A DNA stretch of 52,228 nucleotides from Myxococcota bacterium (GCA_041687695.1 JAWLBL010000040.1:1-52228), one strand, 5' to 3'; counted from the stretch's first letter, positions 26,394 through 42,221 are shown. Program-made: numbers and translations. Notes: generated from the sequence alone by a model not told the origin.

Positions 26394-28937
26394 ATGTCGC
26401 CGCGTCACGTGCTCACAGGCCTGTCACTCGTCGTCCTGATCGTCGCCGCGTGCGGGGCCGACGTCGAGGTGGGGGGCGACGGTGACGCGGTCGCCGAGGC
26501 TCCCGATGCGTGGGAAGTCGCCGAGGCGGGCGGACCCGACGAGGGAGACGCCGAGGCCTCGACCGACGCCGACGCCGACTCGGCGTCTCCGAACGATGCT
26601 GGCCCCGAGGTCACCCCGACCTCCTGCGGTGACGGCGTGGTCGACCCGGGCGAAGCCTGCGACGACGGCAACACCGACGAAGGCGACTGGTGCAGCGCCG
26701 ACTGCCTGGCGCTGGTCGACGTCACCTCACCCACGGCCTACGCGCCGCACACCTCGTACCAGGTCCTCACGACCTCGAACGGCCTCGCCGCCGCGATGTT
26801 CGCCGTCACCGACCTCGACGCGCAGCCGCAGAACAAGGTCACCGCCTTCCGCGACCACCTCTACTCGGCCTACGACGAGGGCGTCCCCTCGCGCGACTGG
26901 CTGTGGGATCTCTACTTCGGCTACCGCGCGAGCGGCGTCAGCTCGGCCGGGACCTGGCTGGACCAGGTGCTGGTGCAGTCGGCCGCCTACGCCGTCGGCA
27001 CCAACGTCGTCGAGGTCGTCCAACAGGCCGCCGGCCTGCGCTTCGAGTCGCGCTGGTTCGCGCCGTTCCACGCTCCGGACGGCGCCGACAACGAGCTGCG
27101 CGCCCTGGTCGGCGTCGTCCAGGTCACGAACACCACGACGGCGCCCATCCCGGACGTCGCCGTGTTCTCGCTGGTCAACGTCCACGTCGGCGGCGAGGGC
27201 GACAGCGCCGACGAGGCGGTCGCGTGGGACGCCGAGCACGCCGTCCTGACCGAGCAGCGCGGCGAGCGCCGCTTCGTCTACCGCAACCTGGTCGCCGAGC
27301 ACGCCTCGCACACCGCCGACAACGGCGGCGACGTTCACAACCCCTGGCGCCTCGTCTCGGAAGGCCAGCACTTCTCGAACTACGTCGAGGCGACCCCGTC
27401 GGACGACATCGCCGTCGGCTTCGAGAACCGCGTCGACGGCGGCGCCGCCCTCGCCCCCGGCGCATCGCGCTGGTTCGGCCTGGTCGTCGCCACCAGCGAC
27501 CAGCACACGACCGCACAGCTCGCCGCGCAGGTCGACGCCTTCGTCGCCGGCCGCACCCCCGAGGCCATCGTGCAGGCCGAGCTCGCCTGGTGGGACACCT
27601 GGCACGCCGCCGGGCCGCCCCCCGCGGCGCTGACCCCCGACGAGGCGGCGCTGTGGCGCCAGTCCACGGCCATCCTGAAGATGGGCCAGGTGCGCGAGAC
27701 CGCCGCCTCGGGCTGCCCCAGCGGCAAGTGCTTCGGCCAGATCCTCGCCAGCCTGGTCCCCGGCCAGTGGAACATCTCGTGGGTCCGCGACGCCAGCTAC
27801 GCCATCGCCGGGCTGGTCCGCGCCGGTCACTTCACCGAGGCCCGCGACGCGCTGGCCTTCATGCTGCTCGCCGACCTGCTGACCGACGGCCCCGACAACC
27901 ACTATCAGAAGCACTTCATCGAGAGCACCGACCCCGCGCCGGGCACCTGGGGCCTCGGCGTCCCCCTCAGCGCCCCCTACGCCATCTCGCTCACCCGCTA
28001 CTTCGGCCGCGGCCTCGAGGAGTCCGACGCCAACGCCGCGGGGCCGAACCTCGAGTGGGACAACTGGGGCCTGTTCCTGTGGGCCTTCGCCGACTACGTC
28101 GAGGCGTCCGGCGACGAGGCTTTCCTGGCCGAGCACTGGGGCACCGTCTCCGACCAGGTGGCCGACCTCCTGCTCGACCTCATCGATCCCGACCTGGCCC
28201 TGCTCGTCCCCGACTCGTCCATCTGGGAGCGCCACTGGTGCCCGCACGGCCAGTGCCCCGAGCCCGACACCCGCAAGCACTTCACCTACTCGACCCTCAA
28301 CGCCATCCACGGCCTCGAGCGCGCCGCCGCCCTCGCCACCGCCGTCGGCGACGCCGAACGCGAGGGCCTCTACCTCGCCGGCGCCCAGACCCTGCGCGCC
28401 GGCGTCCGCGCCCACCTCGTCGTGACCCCGCCCGCCACCGGCCTGCCCGCGCTGGCGGGCAACCTCGAGGAGATCCCCTACCCGGTCTACTACCTGGACG
28501 TGTCGGTCATCGAGGCCGTCAACTTCGGCGTCGTCCCGCCCGGCGACCCGCTGGCCTTCGGCACCCTGGCCGCCTTCGACGCCTACCTCGCCATGGGCCC
28601 CCACAGCCCCGGCTTCCGCCGCACCGACGACGGCACCTGGTACGACGCCCAGGAGTGGGTCGTCGTCGACCTGCGCCTCGCCAGCGCGCTCACCCGCATG
28701 GGCCAGCTCGGCCGCGCCCGCACCCTGCTCGACTGGGTGACCGGCCAGGCCCACGCCAACGGCCTCATCATCGGCGAGCTGCTGTCCGACGGCGTCTACC
28801 AGCCCGGCAGCGAGGACGAGCGCTGGCAGCCGGGTACCGACGCCGGCGGCGACTACCAGGGCGCCATCCCGATGTGCGGCTTCGGCCCGGGCGCCTGGAT
28901 CCTGGCCGTCAGCGACCTCTACGCCGCGACGCCGTGA
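26394..28937 (+). CDS. Lipoprotein glycoside hydrolase family 15 (glucoamylase-like) with a myxobacterial cysteine-rich repeat
   Basis: Lipobox VAAC, CGDGVVDPGEACDDGN, WNISWVRDA, PDSSIWE, IIGE. Confidence 0.85.
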   Translation: MSPRHVLTGLSLVVLIVAACGADVEVGGDGDAVAEAPDAWEVAEAGGPDEGDAEASTDADADSASPNDAGPEVTPTSCGDGVVDPGEACDDGNTDEGDWCSADCLALVDVTSPTAYAPHTSYQVLTTSNGLAAAMFAVTDLDAQPQNKVTAFRDHLYSAYDEGVPSRDWLWDLYFGYRASGVSSAGTWLDQVLVQSAAYAVGTNVVEVVQQAAGLRFESRWFAPFHAPDGADNELRALVGVVQVTNTTTAPIPDVAVFSLVNVHVGGEGDSADEAVAWDAEHAVLTEQRGERRFVYRNLVAEHASHTADNGGDVHNPWRLVSEGQHFSNYVEATPSDDIAVGFENRVDGGAALAPGASRWFGLVVATSDQHTTAQLAAQVDAFVAGRTPEAIVQAELAWWDTWHAAGPPPAALTPDEAALWRQSTAILKMGQVRETAASGCPSGKCFGQILASLVPGQWNISWVRDASYAIAGLVRAGHFTEARDALAFMLLADLLTDGPDNHYQKHFIESTDPAPGTWGLGVPLSAPYAISLTRYFGRGLEESDANAAGPNLEWDNWGLFLWAFADYVEASGDEAFLAEHWGTVSDQVADLLLDLIDPDLALLVPDSSIWERHWCPHGQCPEPDTRKHFTYSTLNAIHGLERAAALATAVGDAEREGLYLAGAQTLRAGVRAHLVVTPPATGLPALAGNLEEIPYPVYYLDVSVIEAVNFGVVPPGDPLAFGTLAAFDAYLAMGPHSPGFRRTDDGTWYDAQEWVVVDLRLASALTRMGQLGRARTLLDWVTGQAHANGLIIGELLSDGVYQPGSEDERWQPGTDAGGDYQGAIPMCGFGPGAWILAVSDLYAATP

Positions 28938-28959
28938 CCGCCGTCGGGCCGCGCCCGGG

Positions 28960-30144
28960 TCACGCCACCAGGCTCACCAGCCAGCCGAGTCCGACCCACG
29001 CACCCAGCGCCGACCCCAGGGTCGCCGCGATGGTCACCAGCAGCACCCGCGTGAACTTGTTGCGGTAGAAGCCGCGCAGGCTCTGGGTGTCCTCGTTGAC
29101 CCGCTCGATGTCGGTCACCGTCGGCTTCTTGCGCCACGCCTCGACCAGCCCGACCACGATCCCCGCCCCGATGAGCGGGTTGAGCGACGTGATGGGCGAG
29201 GCGACGAACCCCGTCACGATGGCCAGCAGGCTGCCCCCGGCCAGCGCCGTCAGCAGCGCGCACAGGACGGAGTTGGGCAGGATCCAGGCCCACAGCATCT
29301 GCTCGAAGCTCTGACCGCCCTTGTCGCTGAGCCCGAACCAGAAGGCCACCAGGATGATGGCCGGGATGATCCACTTGATGAGGCCGGTCCAGCGCGCCTT
29401 GGGCGGGACCTCGTCCAGGGCCGCGCGGTCGATAGGCTGCTTGAAGTGGGTCTGCATCCCCGGCACGTGCGCCGCGCCGACCACCGCCACGATGCGCTTG
29501 CCGGGCGCGTCCTCGATGCTGGACATCAGGTACTGGTCGCGCTCGTCGATGAGCGGCTCCTTCACCTCGGGCAGCGCCTTGGCGAACTCGGCCAGCATCT
29601 CGGACAGGTGCGCCTTCTCCTTGAGCTGCTCGATGGTCGCGGCGTCGATCTCCTCCTTGCCGCCGAACATCGAGCCCACGATGGCGCCGAACAGGTTGTA
29701 CTTCTTGAAAAAACCCAGCCGGCGCCAGGTGCGCTTGAGCGTCACCTGGATGTCTCGGTCCACCAGCTCGACCTTGGCCCCGATCGCTTCGGCCGCCTCG
29801 GTCGCGGCCAGCAGCTCGGCGCCCGGCTTGACCCCCAGCTCGGCCCCCAGCCGCCGCTGGTGCGCCCCGATGGCCAGGTTCGCCAGCAGGAACAGCGTCT
29901 TGCCCTGCTTGATCACCTGGAAGACGTCCAGGTTCCGCCAGCGCGACGGGTCCGTCAGCGCCTTGTAGCGCGTCTCGCACAGCTCGACACACACCGTGTC
30001 GGGCCGCACCTCGGCGATGACGCGCCGCACCTCTTCCACGCTCTCTTTGGAGACGTGGGCCGTGCCGACCAGGTAGTAGGTGCGGTCGCCGTCGGTCAGG
30101 ACGGTGACGTTCGAGCCGAGGTCGCTGAGGGCGGGGTCCGTCAT
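28960..30144 (-). CDS. TraB/GumN family protein with C-terminal membrane segments
   Basis: LVGTAHVS, VCVELC, KPGAEL, DRDIQVTLKR, LIDERDQY, VVGAAHVPG. Confidence 0.92.
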   Translation of the reverse strand: MTDPALSDLGSNVTVLTDGDRTYYLVGTAHVSKESVEEVRRVIAEVRPDTVCVELCETRYKALTDPSRWRNLDVFQVIKQGKTLFLLANLAIGAHQRRLGAELGVKPGAELLAATEAAEAIGAKVELVDRDIQVTLKRTWRRLGFFKKYNLFGAIVGSMFGGKEEIDAATIEQLKEKAHLSEMLAEFAKALPEVKEPLIDERDQYLMSSIEDAPGKRIVAVVGAAHVPGMQTHFKQPIDRAALDEVPPKARWTGLIKWIIPAIILVAFWFGLSDKGGQSFEQMLWAWILPNSVLCALLTALAGGSLLAIVTGFVASPITSLNPLIGAGIVVGLVEAWRKKPTVTDIERVNEDTQSLRGFYRNKFTRVLLVTIAATLGSALGAWVGLGWLVSLVA

Positions 30145-30226
30145 GGTGGCGGCGGACATTGACACAGGCTGGTCCATGCGTCGAGAACCGGCCTCGCCGG
30201 CCACGTCTTCCCCCGGGAGCCCACCC

Positions 30227-31027
30227 ATGCCCCTTCTGCGCTGGCTTCGCCGCCGCCGCCGCGCCCGCCTCCGCGCCCAGCCCTTCCCCGCGCCCTGGTG
30301 CGAGGCCCTGTCGCGCAACGTCGCCCTGTACCGCGTCCTCCCGCCCGACGACCAGCGCGAGCTCGAGGGACACGTCCAGGTCCTGCTCGCCGAGAAGTCC
30401 TTCGAGGGCTGCGGCGGCCTGACCCTCACCGACGAGATCACCGTCACCATCGCCGGCTGCGCCGCGCTCCTCCTGCTGCACCGCGACACCGACTACTACC
30501 CCGGCCTCCGCTCCATCCTCGTGTACCCCAGCACCTACTTCGCCCCCGCCCAGACCCACCTCGGCGGCGGCGTCGTCCTCGAGGGCACCCAGGCACGCCT
30601 CGGCGAGTCCTGGCACCGCGGCGCCGTCGTGCTCGCCTGGGACGACGTCCTGCGCGGCGCCGCCGACATGCACGACGGCCGCAACGTCGTCCTCCACGAG
30701 CTCGCCCACCAGCTCGACCAGCAGGACGGCTGGGCCGACGGCGCCCCCGAGCTGCCCCACCGGGCCATGTACCGCCCCTGGGCCCGCGTCCTGTCCCGCG
30801 AGTTCGAGGCCCACACCCGCGCCGTCGACGCGGGCCGTCCGACCCTCATCGATCCCTACGGCGCCCTCAACCCGGCCGAGTTCTTCGCCGTCGTCACCGA
30901 GGCCTTCTTCGAAAAGCCCAAGCAGCTCCGCGCCCGCCACCCCGATCTCTACGAGCAGCTCCAGGCCTTCTACCGCCAGGACCCCGCGGCCCTCCGCGAC
31001 GCCGTCGACCGCGCCGACCCTGCCTGA
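30227..31027 (+). CDS. mtfA: Zinc-dependent peptidase M90 (MtfA family)
   Basis: EKSFEGCGG, ILVYPS, GESW..GAVVLAW, NVVLHELAHQLD, DPYGALNPAEFFAV.TEAFFE. Confidence 0.88.
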   Translation: MPLLRWLRRRRRARLRAQPFPAPWCEALSRNVALYRVLPPDDQRELEGHVQVLLAEKSFEGCGGLTLTDEITVTIAGCAALLLLHRDTDYYPGLRSILVYPSTYFAPAQTHLGGGVVLEGTQARLGESWHRGAVVLAWDDVLRGAADMHDGRNVVLHELAHQLDQQDGWADGAPELPHRAMYRPWARVLSREFEAHTRAVDAGRPTLIDPYGALNPAEFFAVVTEAFFEKPKQLRARHPDLYEQLQAFYRQDPAALRDAVDRADPA

Positions 31028-31030
31028 CCG

Positions 31031-32770
31031 TTACGGCGCGGCCGGCGAGTCGGAGAGCGCGCACTCGGCCGCCGCCGCCGCCGCCGCCAGCGCCCGCCCC
31101 AGCGGCTCGCGCCCGGCCGGCCCGACCCCGTACCAGCCCTCCGCCGCCGCCACCCGCGACCCCACGCACGCCCGCAGCGCCCCGGCCGCCTCGCCCCGCG
31201 CCTGCGTCAGCGCCGCCACGTCCACGCCGGCCGCGCTGGCCTGCTCCTCGGGCAACAGCAGCGCCTCCAGGTACTCCAGCTCGACCCGCGCCGGCGCCCG
31301 CGCCGCCCCGCCTTCGGCGCCGACAGCCTCGACCACCACGTCCGGCACCACGCCCGCCAGGTGCAGCGCCCGCCCCGACGGCAGGTGGTACCGCCCCGAC
31401 GTGAAGTACACCGTCGCCTCGACCCCCTCGCCCCAGGGGAACGGGTTCTGCACGGTCCCCTTGCCATAGGTGCGCTGGCCCACTACCCGCGCCCGCCCCT
31501 CGTCCTGCAGCGCCCCCGCCAGGATCTCGGCCGCGCTGCCCGTCGACGCGTCGACCACCACCACCAGCGGCAGGCTCGTCGCGGCCTCGGCCTCGGTCCG
31601 GTACTCGACCGGCTCGCCCGAGTCGCGCAGCAGCCGCGCCACCAGCCGCCCCGCCGGCAGGAACAGGTCCGCGACGCACAGCGCCTCGTCGGTCAGCCCG
31701 CCGACGTTGCCGCGCAGATCCAGCACCCAGGCCGCGACGTCCTGCGCCTCGAGCCGCGCCAGCCCCTCGCGCAGCTGCGCGCAGATGTGCGTGCTGTAGA
31801 AGGTCGGGACGTACACAAAGCCCAGCCGCCGCTCGCCGACGTGCAGCGTCGCCTCCTGCACGTAGCGCGTCGCCACCTTCGCGCGGGTCACCCGCAGCGC
31901 CAGCGCGGCGCCCTCGCGACGCAGCCCCATGGCCACCTCGCTCCCGGCCTCGCCCCGCAAGCGCGCCACCACCTCGTCCGCCGACAGCCCGGCCGTCGCC
32001 GCGCCGTCGATGGCCTCGAGCACGTCGCCCACGCGCACCCCGGCGCGCGCGGCCGGCCCCTCGGCGACCAGCCCCGAGATGACGGCCTGCCCGTCGTGCA
32101 CCTGCACGTACGCCCCGACGCCGACGTGCGTGGTCCCCGCTCGCTCGCGCAGGGCGTCGTCGCGCTCCGTCGGCACGATGCGGTGGAACGGGTCCTTGGC
32201 CGTCGCCAGGAAGCCGTTGATCGCCGCGGCCGTGGTCGCCGCCTCGTTGGCCGTGGTCACCCGCGCGTCGCGGAACCACGCGACCAGCCCCGCCCAGTCG
32301 ACGCGCTCGGTCGCCGTCGCCGCGTGCACCGCCCGCCAGGCCGCGATCTCGGCCCGCAGCGCCTCCGCGCGCGCCTGGGCGTCGGGCTGGTCGACCGCCG
32401 CGCCCCGCTCGACCACCGCCAGGCGTCCTTCGCGGCGCAGCACGCGCGCGGCGGGGACCTCGGCGTGCGCGTGGGCCAGCGGCACCAGGGCCAGGCGCTC
32501 GTCCACCGCGCTCAGGGCCTCGGAGAGCCCGTGCACGCACGCAAGGAAGCGCTGCTCGGACTCGTAGCAGCCCTCGGGCGTCATCGCCTCGGCCGCCTGG
32601 TCGAAGGTCAGCCCGGTCAGGGCCCACGGGTCGTCGGGGTCGGGCGCGAGCGGCGCCTCGGCGGTCGCGGGGGGCTCGGCCGGGGGCTTGGGCGCGGGCG
32701 CCTCGTCACCGCCGCGGCAGGCGGTCGCCATCAGCAAGAGCACGGACCACAGCGTAAGGCGCGTCGACAT
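31031..32770 (-). CDS. S41 family C-terminal processing protease with PDZ domain (lipoprotein)
   Basis: Lipobox ATAC, PDZ (GPAARAGVRVGD), LDLRGNVGG, TGSAAEI (Ser), GKGTVQ (Lys), GVVPD. Confidence 0.92.
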   Translation of the reverse strand: MSTRLTLWSVLLLMATACRGGDEAPAPKPPAEPPATAEAPLAPDPDDPWALTGLTFDQAAEAMTPEGCYESEQRFLACVHGLSEALSAVDERLALVPLAHAHAEVPAARVLRREGRLAVVERGAAVDQPDAQARAEALRAEIAAWRAVHAATATERVDWAGLVAWFRDARVTTANEAATTAAAINGFLATAKDPFHRIVPTERDDALRERAGTTHVGVGAYVQVHDGQAVISGLVAEGPAARAGVRVGDVLEAIDGAATAGLSADEVVARLRGEAGSEVAMGLRREGAALALRVTRAKVATRYVQEATLHVGERRLGFVYVPTFYSTHICAQLREGLARLEAQDVAAWVLDLRGNVGGLTDEALCVADLFLPAGRLVARLLRDSGEPVEYRTEAEAATSLPLVVVVDASTGSAAEILAGALQDEGRARVVGQRTYGKGTVQNPFPWGEGVEATVYFTSGRYHLPSGRALHLAGVVPDVVVEAVGAEGGAARAPARVELEYLEALLLPEEQASAAGVDVAALTQARGEAAGALRACVGSRVAAAEGWYGVGPAGREPLGRALAAAAAAAECALSDSPAAP

Positions 32771-32816
32771 CGACGCGAAGGTGCCACAGCCAGCTTCGAG
32801 ATGGTATGCATGCGTC

Positions 32817-33470
32817 ATGCGCTGCCCAGCCTCCGTCATCTGCGCCGCCTTCGCGGCGTGCTTGGGTCTGTTGGCCTGCGACGACTCCGCCGTGGGCCCC
32901 GGCACGTCCCAGCCCGACGCGGACGCGGCCGACACGGCCACGCCCGGCGACCCCGACCGGGTAGACGCCACCTGCCAGGAGCCCTCGTGGTCGGCCGGCG
33001 CCTGCGTGGCCGGCGCGATCGAGGCGCGCCCCGCGACGGAGCCGCCTCTGCACGTCGCGCTGCCGACGCCCATCAGCTACGCCGAGTCGCCGCCCGCCAG
33101 CGGGCCGCACCGCGGCACCTGGGCCCGCTGGGGCGAGTACGCGTTCCTGCCGCCGCAGCGCTGGGTGCACAACCTCGAGCACGGCGGCGTGGCGCTGCTC
33201 TATCACCCGTGCGCGCCCGCCGCGGTCGTCGACGCCCTGCGCGAGTGGGCCCGTTCCCAGCCCGCGGACGACGGCGGCGAGCTCCGGTGGGTGCTGACGC
33301 CGTACCCGGGGCTGGCGTCCGCGGTGGCGCTGGTGGCCTGGGAGCAGGTCTACGCGGCCGAGTGCGTGCGTCCCGACGAGCTGGACGCGTTCTTGCATCA
33401 ACACTATCGCAAGGCCCCGGAAGACGTCGCTGTCGACGGGCCGTACGAAACCACATGGCTCGGGAGGTGA
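32817..33470 (+). CDS. DUF3105 family lipoprotein
   Basis: Lipobox LLAC; PPASGPH, VHNLEHGGV, ALVAW. Confidence 0.85.
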   Translation: MRCPASVICAAFAACLGLLACDDSAVGPGTSQPDADAADTATPGDPDRVDATCQEPSWSAGACVAGAIEARPATEPPLHVALPTPISYAESPPASGPHRGTWARWGEYAFLPPQRWVHNLEHGGVALLYHPCAPAAVVDALREWARSQPADDGGELRWVLTPYPGLASAVALVAWEQVYAAECVRPDELDAFLHQHYRKAPEDVAVDGPYETTWLGR

Positions 33471-33474
33471 GACG

Positions 33475-33756
33475 ATGAGCGTGATCCAGGGCCCCGAGGC
33501 CCACCGTCTGGTCGAAGAGGAGGGCGCGCGCCTGCTGGACGTGCGCATGCCCGAGGAGCTGGCCGAAAAGAGCGTGCCCGGGGCGATCAACGTGCCAGTC
33601 CAGGAGCTGTCGATGCGCCTGGGTGAGCTGCCCGACAAGGGCACGCCGCTGGTCGTGTTCTGCCGCAGCGGGCGGCGCAGCGAGATGGCGGCCAACCTGC
33701 TGCGGCAGGCCGGCTGGAAGCGGGTGTACGACCTGCAAACGGTCGACGCCTGGTGA
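33475..33756 (+). CDS. Single-domain rhodanese (sulfurtransferase)
   Basis: LLDVR..EE, PGAINVP, active-site loop CRSGRRS. Confidence 0.92.
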   Translation: MSVIQGPEAHRLVEEEGARLLDVRMPEELAEKSVPGAINVPVQELSMRLGELPDKGTPLVVFCRSGRRSEMAANLLRQAGWKRVYDLQTVDAW

Positions 33757-33803
33757 CATCGACAGGGGCCGGTCACCCTCGGGTGACGAGGCCTGAAACG
33801 ACG

Positions 33804-33835
33804 AGGGGCCGACCACCATCAGGTGATCGGCCCCT
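33804..33835. terminator. GC-rich hairpin between convergent genes, probable terminator
   Basis: aggggccgaccacc-atca-ggtgatcggcccct. Confidence 0.55.
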
Positions 33836-33859
33836 TCGCCGTGAACGAGTGCTTCGCGC

Positions 33860-34306
33860 TCAGCAGGACGGCTGGGTGGCCGTGCGCGCCAGGGCGATGC
33901 GCTCGAAGACCAGGTCGTGCAGCAGCATGCCGGCCGACATGGCCACGACGAAGATCAGCGGGCCGGTGCCCAGGGTGCCGACGGACGTGAGGGCGGGCCC
34001 GGGGCAGAAGCCGGCCATCCCCCAGCCGACGCCGAACATGGCCGACCCGGCGAGCAGGCGCGGGCTCAGATCGCGGCGCGTCGGCAGGGCGAAGGCGCCG
34101 CCAAGCAGGGGCGCGCCCCGGCGCAGGACCAGGCGCATCAGGACGGCGTAGACGACGACCGCGCCGCCCATGACGAAGGCCAGGCTGGGGTCCCAGGATC
34201 CGGTGAAGTCCAGGAAGCCGACCACTTTGTGGGGTTGGGTCATGCCGGCGAGCGCGAGGCCGACGGCGAAGAGGACGCCCGTGGCGAACGAGACGAGGTG
34301 CTTCAT
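33860..34306 (-). CDS. YeeE/YedE (DUF6691) sulfur-compound transporter subunit
   Basis: GMTQPHKVVGFLD..WDPSLAFVM, FGVGWGMAGFCPGPA. Confidence 0.92.
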   Translation of the reverse strand: MKHLVSFATGVLFAVGLALAGMTQPHKVVGFLDFTGSWDPSLAFVMGGAVVVYAVLMRLVLRRGAPLLGGAFALPTRRDLSPRLLAGSAMFGVGWGMAGFCPGPALTSVGTLGTGPLIFVVAMSAGMLLHDLVFERIALARTATQPSC

Positions 34307-34317
34307 GGAGATGTTCC

Positions 34318-34746
34318 TCACGCGCCCGGAAGGACGAGGTTGAGCATGACCCAGGTCGTCACGGCGCCCGTGGCGATGAAGGTCAGGGTGGCGACCAGCG
34401 AGCGCGCCGACAGGCGGCTGAGGCCGCAGACGCCGTGGCCGCTGGTGCAGCCGCTGCCCAGGCGGGTGCCGAAGCCGACCAGGAGCCCGGCCGCGGCGGT
34501 CAGCGGCAGCCCGGGGTCGTAGGTCGAGGCGAAGCTGGCGGGCGACAGGGCGAGGTAGCCGACGCCGCCGGCGACCAGGCCCAGGACGAACGCCCAACGC
34601 CAGCCGCTGTCGCGCGGGGACGACAGGGCCAGGCCGAAGATGCCGCTGATGCCGGCGACGCGCCCCTTGAACAGGAGCAGGAGCGCCGAGGCCAGCCCGA
34701 TGAGGGCGCCGCCCAGCGCGGGCCAGATGAAGTCGGTGGGGTTCAT
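34318..34746 (-). CDS. YeeE/YedE sulfur-compound transporter subunit
   Basis: [49 protein letters not shown]. Confidence 0.93.
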   Translation of the reverse strand: MNPTDFIWPALGGALIGLASALLLLFKGRVAGISGIFGLALSSPRDSGWRWAFVLGLVAGGVGYLALSPASFASTYDPGLPLTAAAGLLVGFGTRLGSGCTSGHGVCGLSRLSARSLVATLTFIATGAVTTWVMLNLVLPGA

Positions 34747-34918
34747 GATCCTCCTTGATGGCCCCGATCGGTACGAAGGGATCGGGTGGACCCGCCACAA
34801 CGGCGGCCGGGTCGAGAGTTGGGTCGAAACCAGGACTTTTCAAGTCATCGAGGCCAGCCTGCCCGAAGTCGCCTCCGAGTCGAGGCGGTTCGGGTGAGCG
34901 TGCATGCGGGCAAGTGTG

Positions 34919-34936
34919 AAGCACATCGCGTGCCAA
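34919..34936 (-). promoter_or_regulatory. sigma54 promoter for the yeeE pair
   Basis: Minus strand TTGGCACGCGATGTGCTT (GG-N10-GC), divergent from a sigma54 activator gene. Confidence 0.7.
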
Positions 34937-35060
34937 CCGGGCCGAGACCCGGGTGGGGCACGTTTCGAGGGTGGGCGGGCCTTGTCGTCAGCTTCGGATG
35001 TGTTTCACTGACGTGGCAAGTTGCGACGATGTCGCGACGAATCGTGCGAGAGGTGACCCG

Positions 35061-36026
35061 ATGCGAGCCCGTCCCCACCGTCGACCCGAACAGGCGCCCA
35101 CGATCTTTCACGGCATGGTGACGGTGGCGCCCGAGATGCTGCAGCTGTTCGAGCTGATGCAGAAGGTCGCGCGGACCGACGCGCCGGTGCTGGTGCGCGG
35201 CGAGACCGGGACGGGCAAGGAGCTGGTCGCGCGGGCCCTGCACGCGCTGGGGCCGCGGGCCGGGCGCCCCTACCACGCGCTGAACTGCGCGACGCTCACG
35301 CCGGAGATGCTGGCCTCCGAGCTGTTCGGCCACGTCCGCGGCGCCTTCACCGGGGCCGTCCGCGACCGCCCCGGGCTGTTCCGTCTGGCCGACCGGGGCA
35401 CGCTGTTCCTCGACGAGATCGCCGAGATGCCGCTGCACATCCAGGCGCAGCTGCTGAGGGTCCTGCAGACGCAGACCTTCGTGCCGCTGGGCGCCAGCGA
35501 GTCGGTGACGGTGGACGTCCGGCTGGTGTCGGCGACGCACCAGGCGTTGCGCGAGGCGGTGGAGACGCGGCGGTTTCGCGAGGACCTGATGTACCGGGTG
35601 CGGGTCGTGCCGCTGTACCTGCCGCGGCTGGCGGAGCGAGCGGGCGACGTGGAGGCGCTGACGTGGCACCTGATAGACCAGCTCAACGGGCGGGGCTGGC
35701 GGCAGGTCGAGGCCATCGCGGCCGACGCGATGGAGGCGATGCTCGAGTACGAGTGGCCCGGGAACGTGCGCGAGCTGCGCAACGTGCTCGAGTACGCGTT
35801 CGTCATCGGTGACGGGCCGGAGCTGCGCCTCGACGAGCTGACGCCCGAGCTGCGGGGAGAGGCGCCGCCGCGGCGCGTTGGGGAGGCGACCGACGAGGCG
35901 GGGGAGCGGTCGCGCATCGAGGAGGCGCTGCTGAAGACGCGCGGACGCAAGGGAGAGGCCGCGGAGCTGCTGGGGATGAGCCGCTCGACCCTGTGGCGCA
36001 AGATGCGCGAGCTGCGCCTGCCCTGA
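35061..36026 (+). CDS. sigma54-dependent enhancer-binding protein lacking an N-terminal sensor domain
   Basis: [46 protein letters not shown], Fis-type HTH; only about 15 aa before the AAA+ domain. Confidence 0.93.
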   Translation: MRARPHRRPEQAPTIFHGMVTVAPEMLQLFELMQKVARTDAPVLVRGETGTGKELVARALHALGPRAGRPYHALNCATLTPEMLASELFGHVRGAFTGAVRDRPGLFRLADRGTLFLDEIAEMPLHIQAQLLRVLQTQTFVPLGASESVTVDVRLVSATHQALREAVETRRFREDLMYRVRVVPLYLPRLAERAGDVEALTWHLIDQLNGRGWRQVEAIAADAMEAMLEYEWPGNVRELRNVLEYAFVIGDGPELRLDELTPELRGEAPPRRVGEATDEAGERSRIEEALLKTRGRKGEAAELLGMSRSTLWRKMRELRLP

Positions 36027-36028
36027 GG

Positions 36029-37203
36029 TCAGCGCGGCGGCAAGGCGTCGAGCGGCCGCAGGCTCAGCTCGCCGGCCCCGAGCCAGCCGACGATGCCCTC
36101 GCCCAGCACGACGGCGTCGAGGAAGCCGGTCGAGCGTCCGACGAGGACCGGCTCGTCCTGAGCGACGAGGTCGGCCACGAAGACGGCCGTCGGGTGGGTC
36201 ATGGCGTCCAGGGGCTCGGCGATGAAGGCCACCAGGCCGTTCCGCAGGGCAGGGCGCTGCCACAGCGCCGGCCGCTGCCAGGCGCTCCAGGCCACGAAGT
36301 CCTCAGGCTGGCCGGGCAGGCGCCCGTAGATCTGGAACTCGCTGTACTTCGGCTCGGGGTTGATGCCGCGCCAGTCCAGCCAGACCACGCCCCCGCCGGC
36401 GTCGTCCAGCGCCGGGCGCAGCTGCTTGCTCGGGTGGTCGGTCACGACGAAGCCCTCGCCGCTCGCGGCGTCCCAGCCCAGGATGTCGCCGTTGTTGCTC
36501 TCGGGGTCGGAGATGGGCAGGTAGGTCCCGTCCGGGTCGTTCACGTAGTCGGTCCAGACGATGCGGTCGCCGCGGACGTGAGGCTGAGCCTGCTCGGCGG
36601 CGTCGTCGGTGACGCGCGTGACCTCGCCCTCGGTCAGGCGCATGGCCATGACGTCGGCCTCGGTCGGGCCGTGCGGCGGCTTGTCGCGGCTGATCCACGC
36701 CAGGTGGTCGCCGTCCAGCGAGGGTTGGTCCTGGTCGCCCGGTGCCTCGACCAGCGGCGTCACCTCGCGCGTCGTCAGGTCGACCATGTACAGGTCGAAG
36801 TCGCCGTCGCGGTCGTCCGCGAACACGACCCGGTCGCCCGACAGGGTAGGGTCCTTTTGGGTGGCCGGGTGCGCGACCAGCGGCTCTGTCGCGCCCGTCG
36901 CGAAGTCGTGCAGCCACAGGTCGCCCGCCTCGGCCCAGACCACGCGCGAGCCGTCGACCGCCAGGCAGCACGCGTCGGCGCCGACCGGCACCGTCACGAC
37001 CGGGTCCGACGCGTCCGGCGCGTCACCGCCGACGTCGCCGCCTGCTCCGGGACCGTTCACGTCCAGAGCTCCCGGGACGTCCTCCGCCTCGACCTCGGCG
37101 GCCACTTCCGTCGCGTCCGGCGGCGGCGTCACCTCGCCCGAGCCGCCCTCGCACGCCCCCAGCCCCAACGCCACCAGGGCGCCAAAGCGCCACGCCACGT
37201 GCC

Positions 37204-37207
<4 letters not shown>
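36029..37207 (-). CDS. Beta-propeller (TolB-like) lipoprotein
   Basis: Lipobox LGAC, acidic linker, repeated P.(L/V).GD.(V/I)VW.D blades; start overlaps the upstream gene stop. Confidence 0.8.
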
Positions 37208-42099
<4,892 letters not shown>

Positions 42100-42192
42100 G
42101 ATGAGTTTCCATTTGTAAGATTTGTTTGCAGCAAGGGTCCGCCTTGCTGTCAGGGTAGCTTACATTCTCTGCGCCTCGACCTGTCAACGGCG

Positions 42193-42209
42193 CTGGCACG
42201 TGCCTTGCT
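42193..42209 (+). promoter_or_regulatory. Consensus sigma54 promoter for the carbamoyltransferase operon
   Basis: CTGGCAC-GTGCC-TTGCT, exact TGGCAC-N5-TTGCW, divergent from the kinase-EBP gene. Confidence 0.85.
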
Positions 42210-42221
42210 CTTCCGTCCGGC

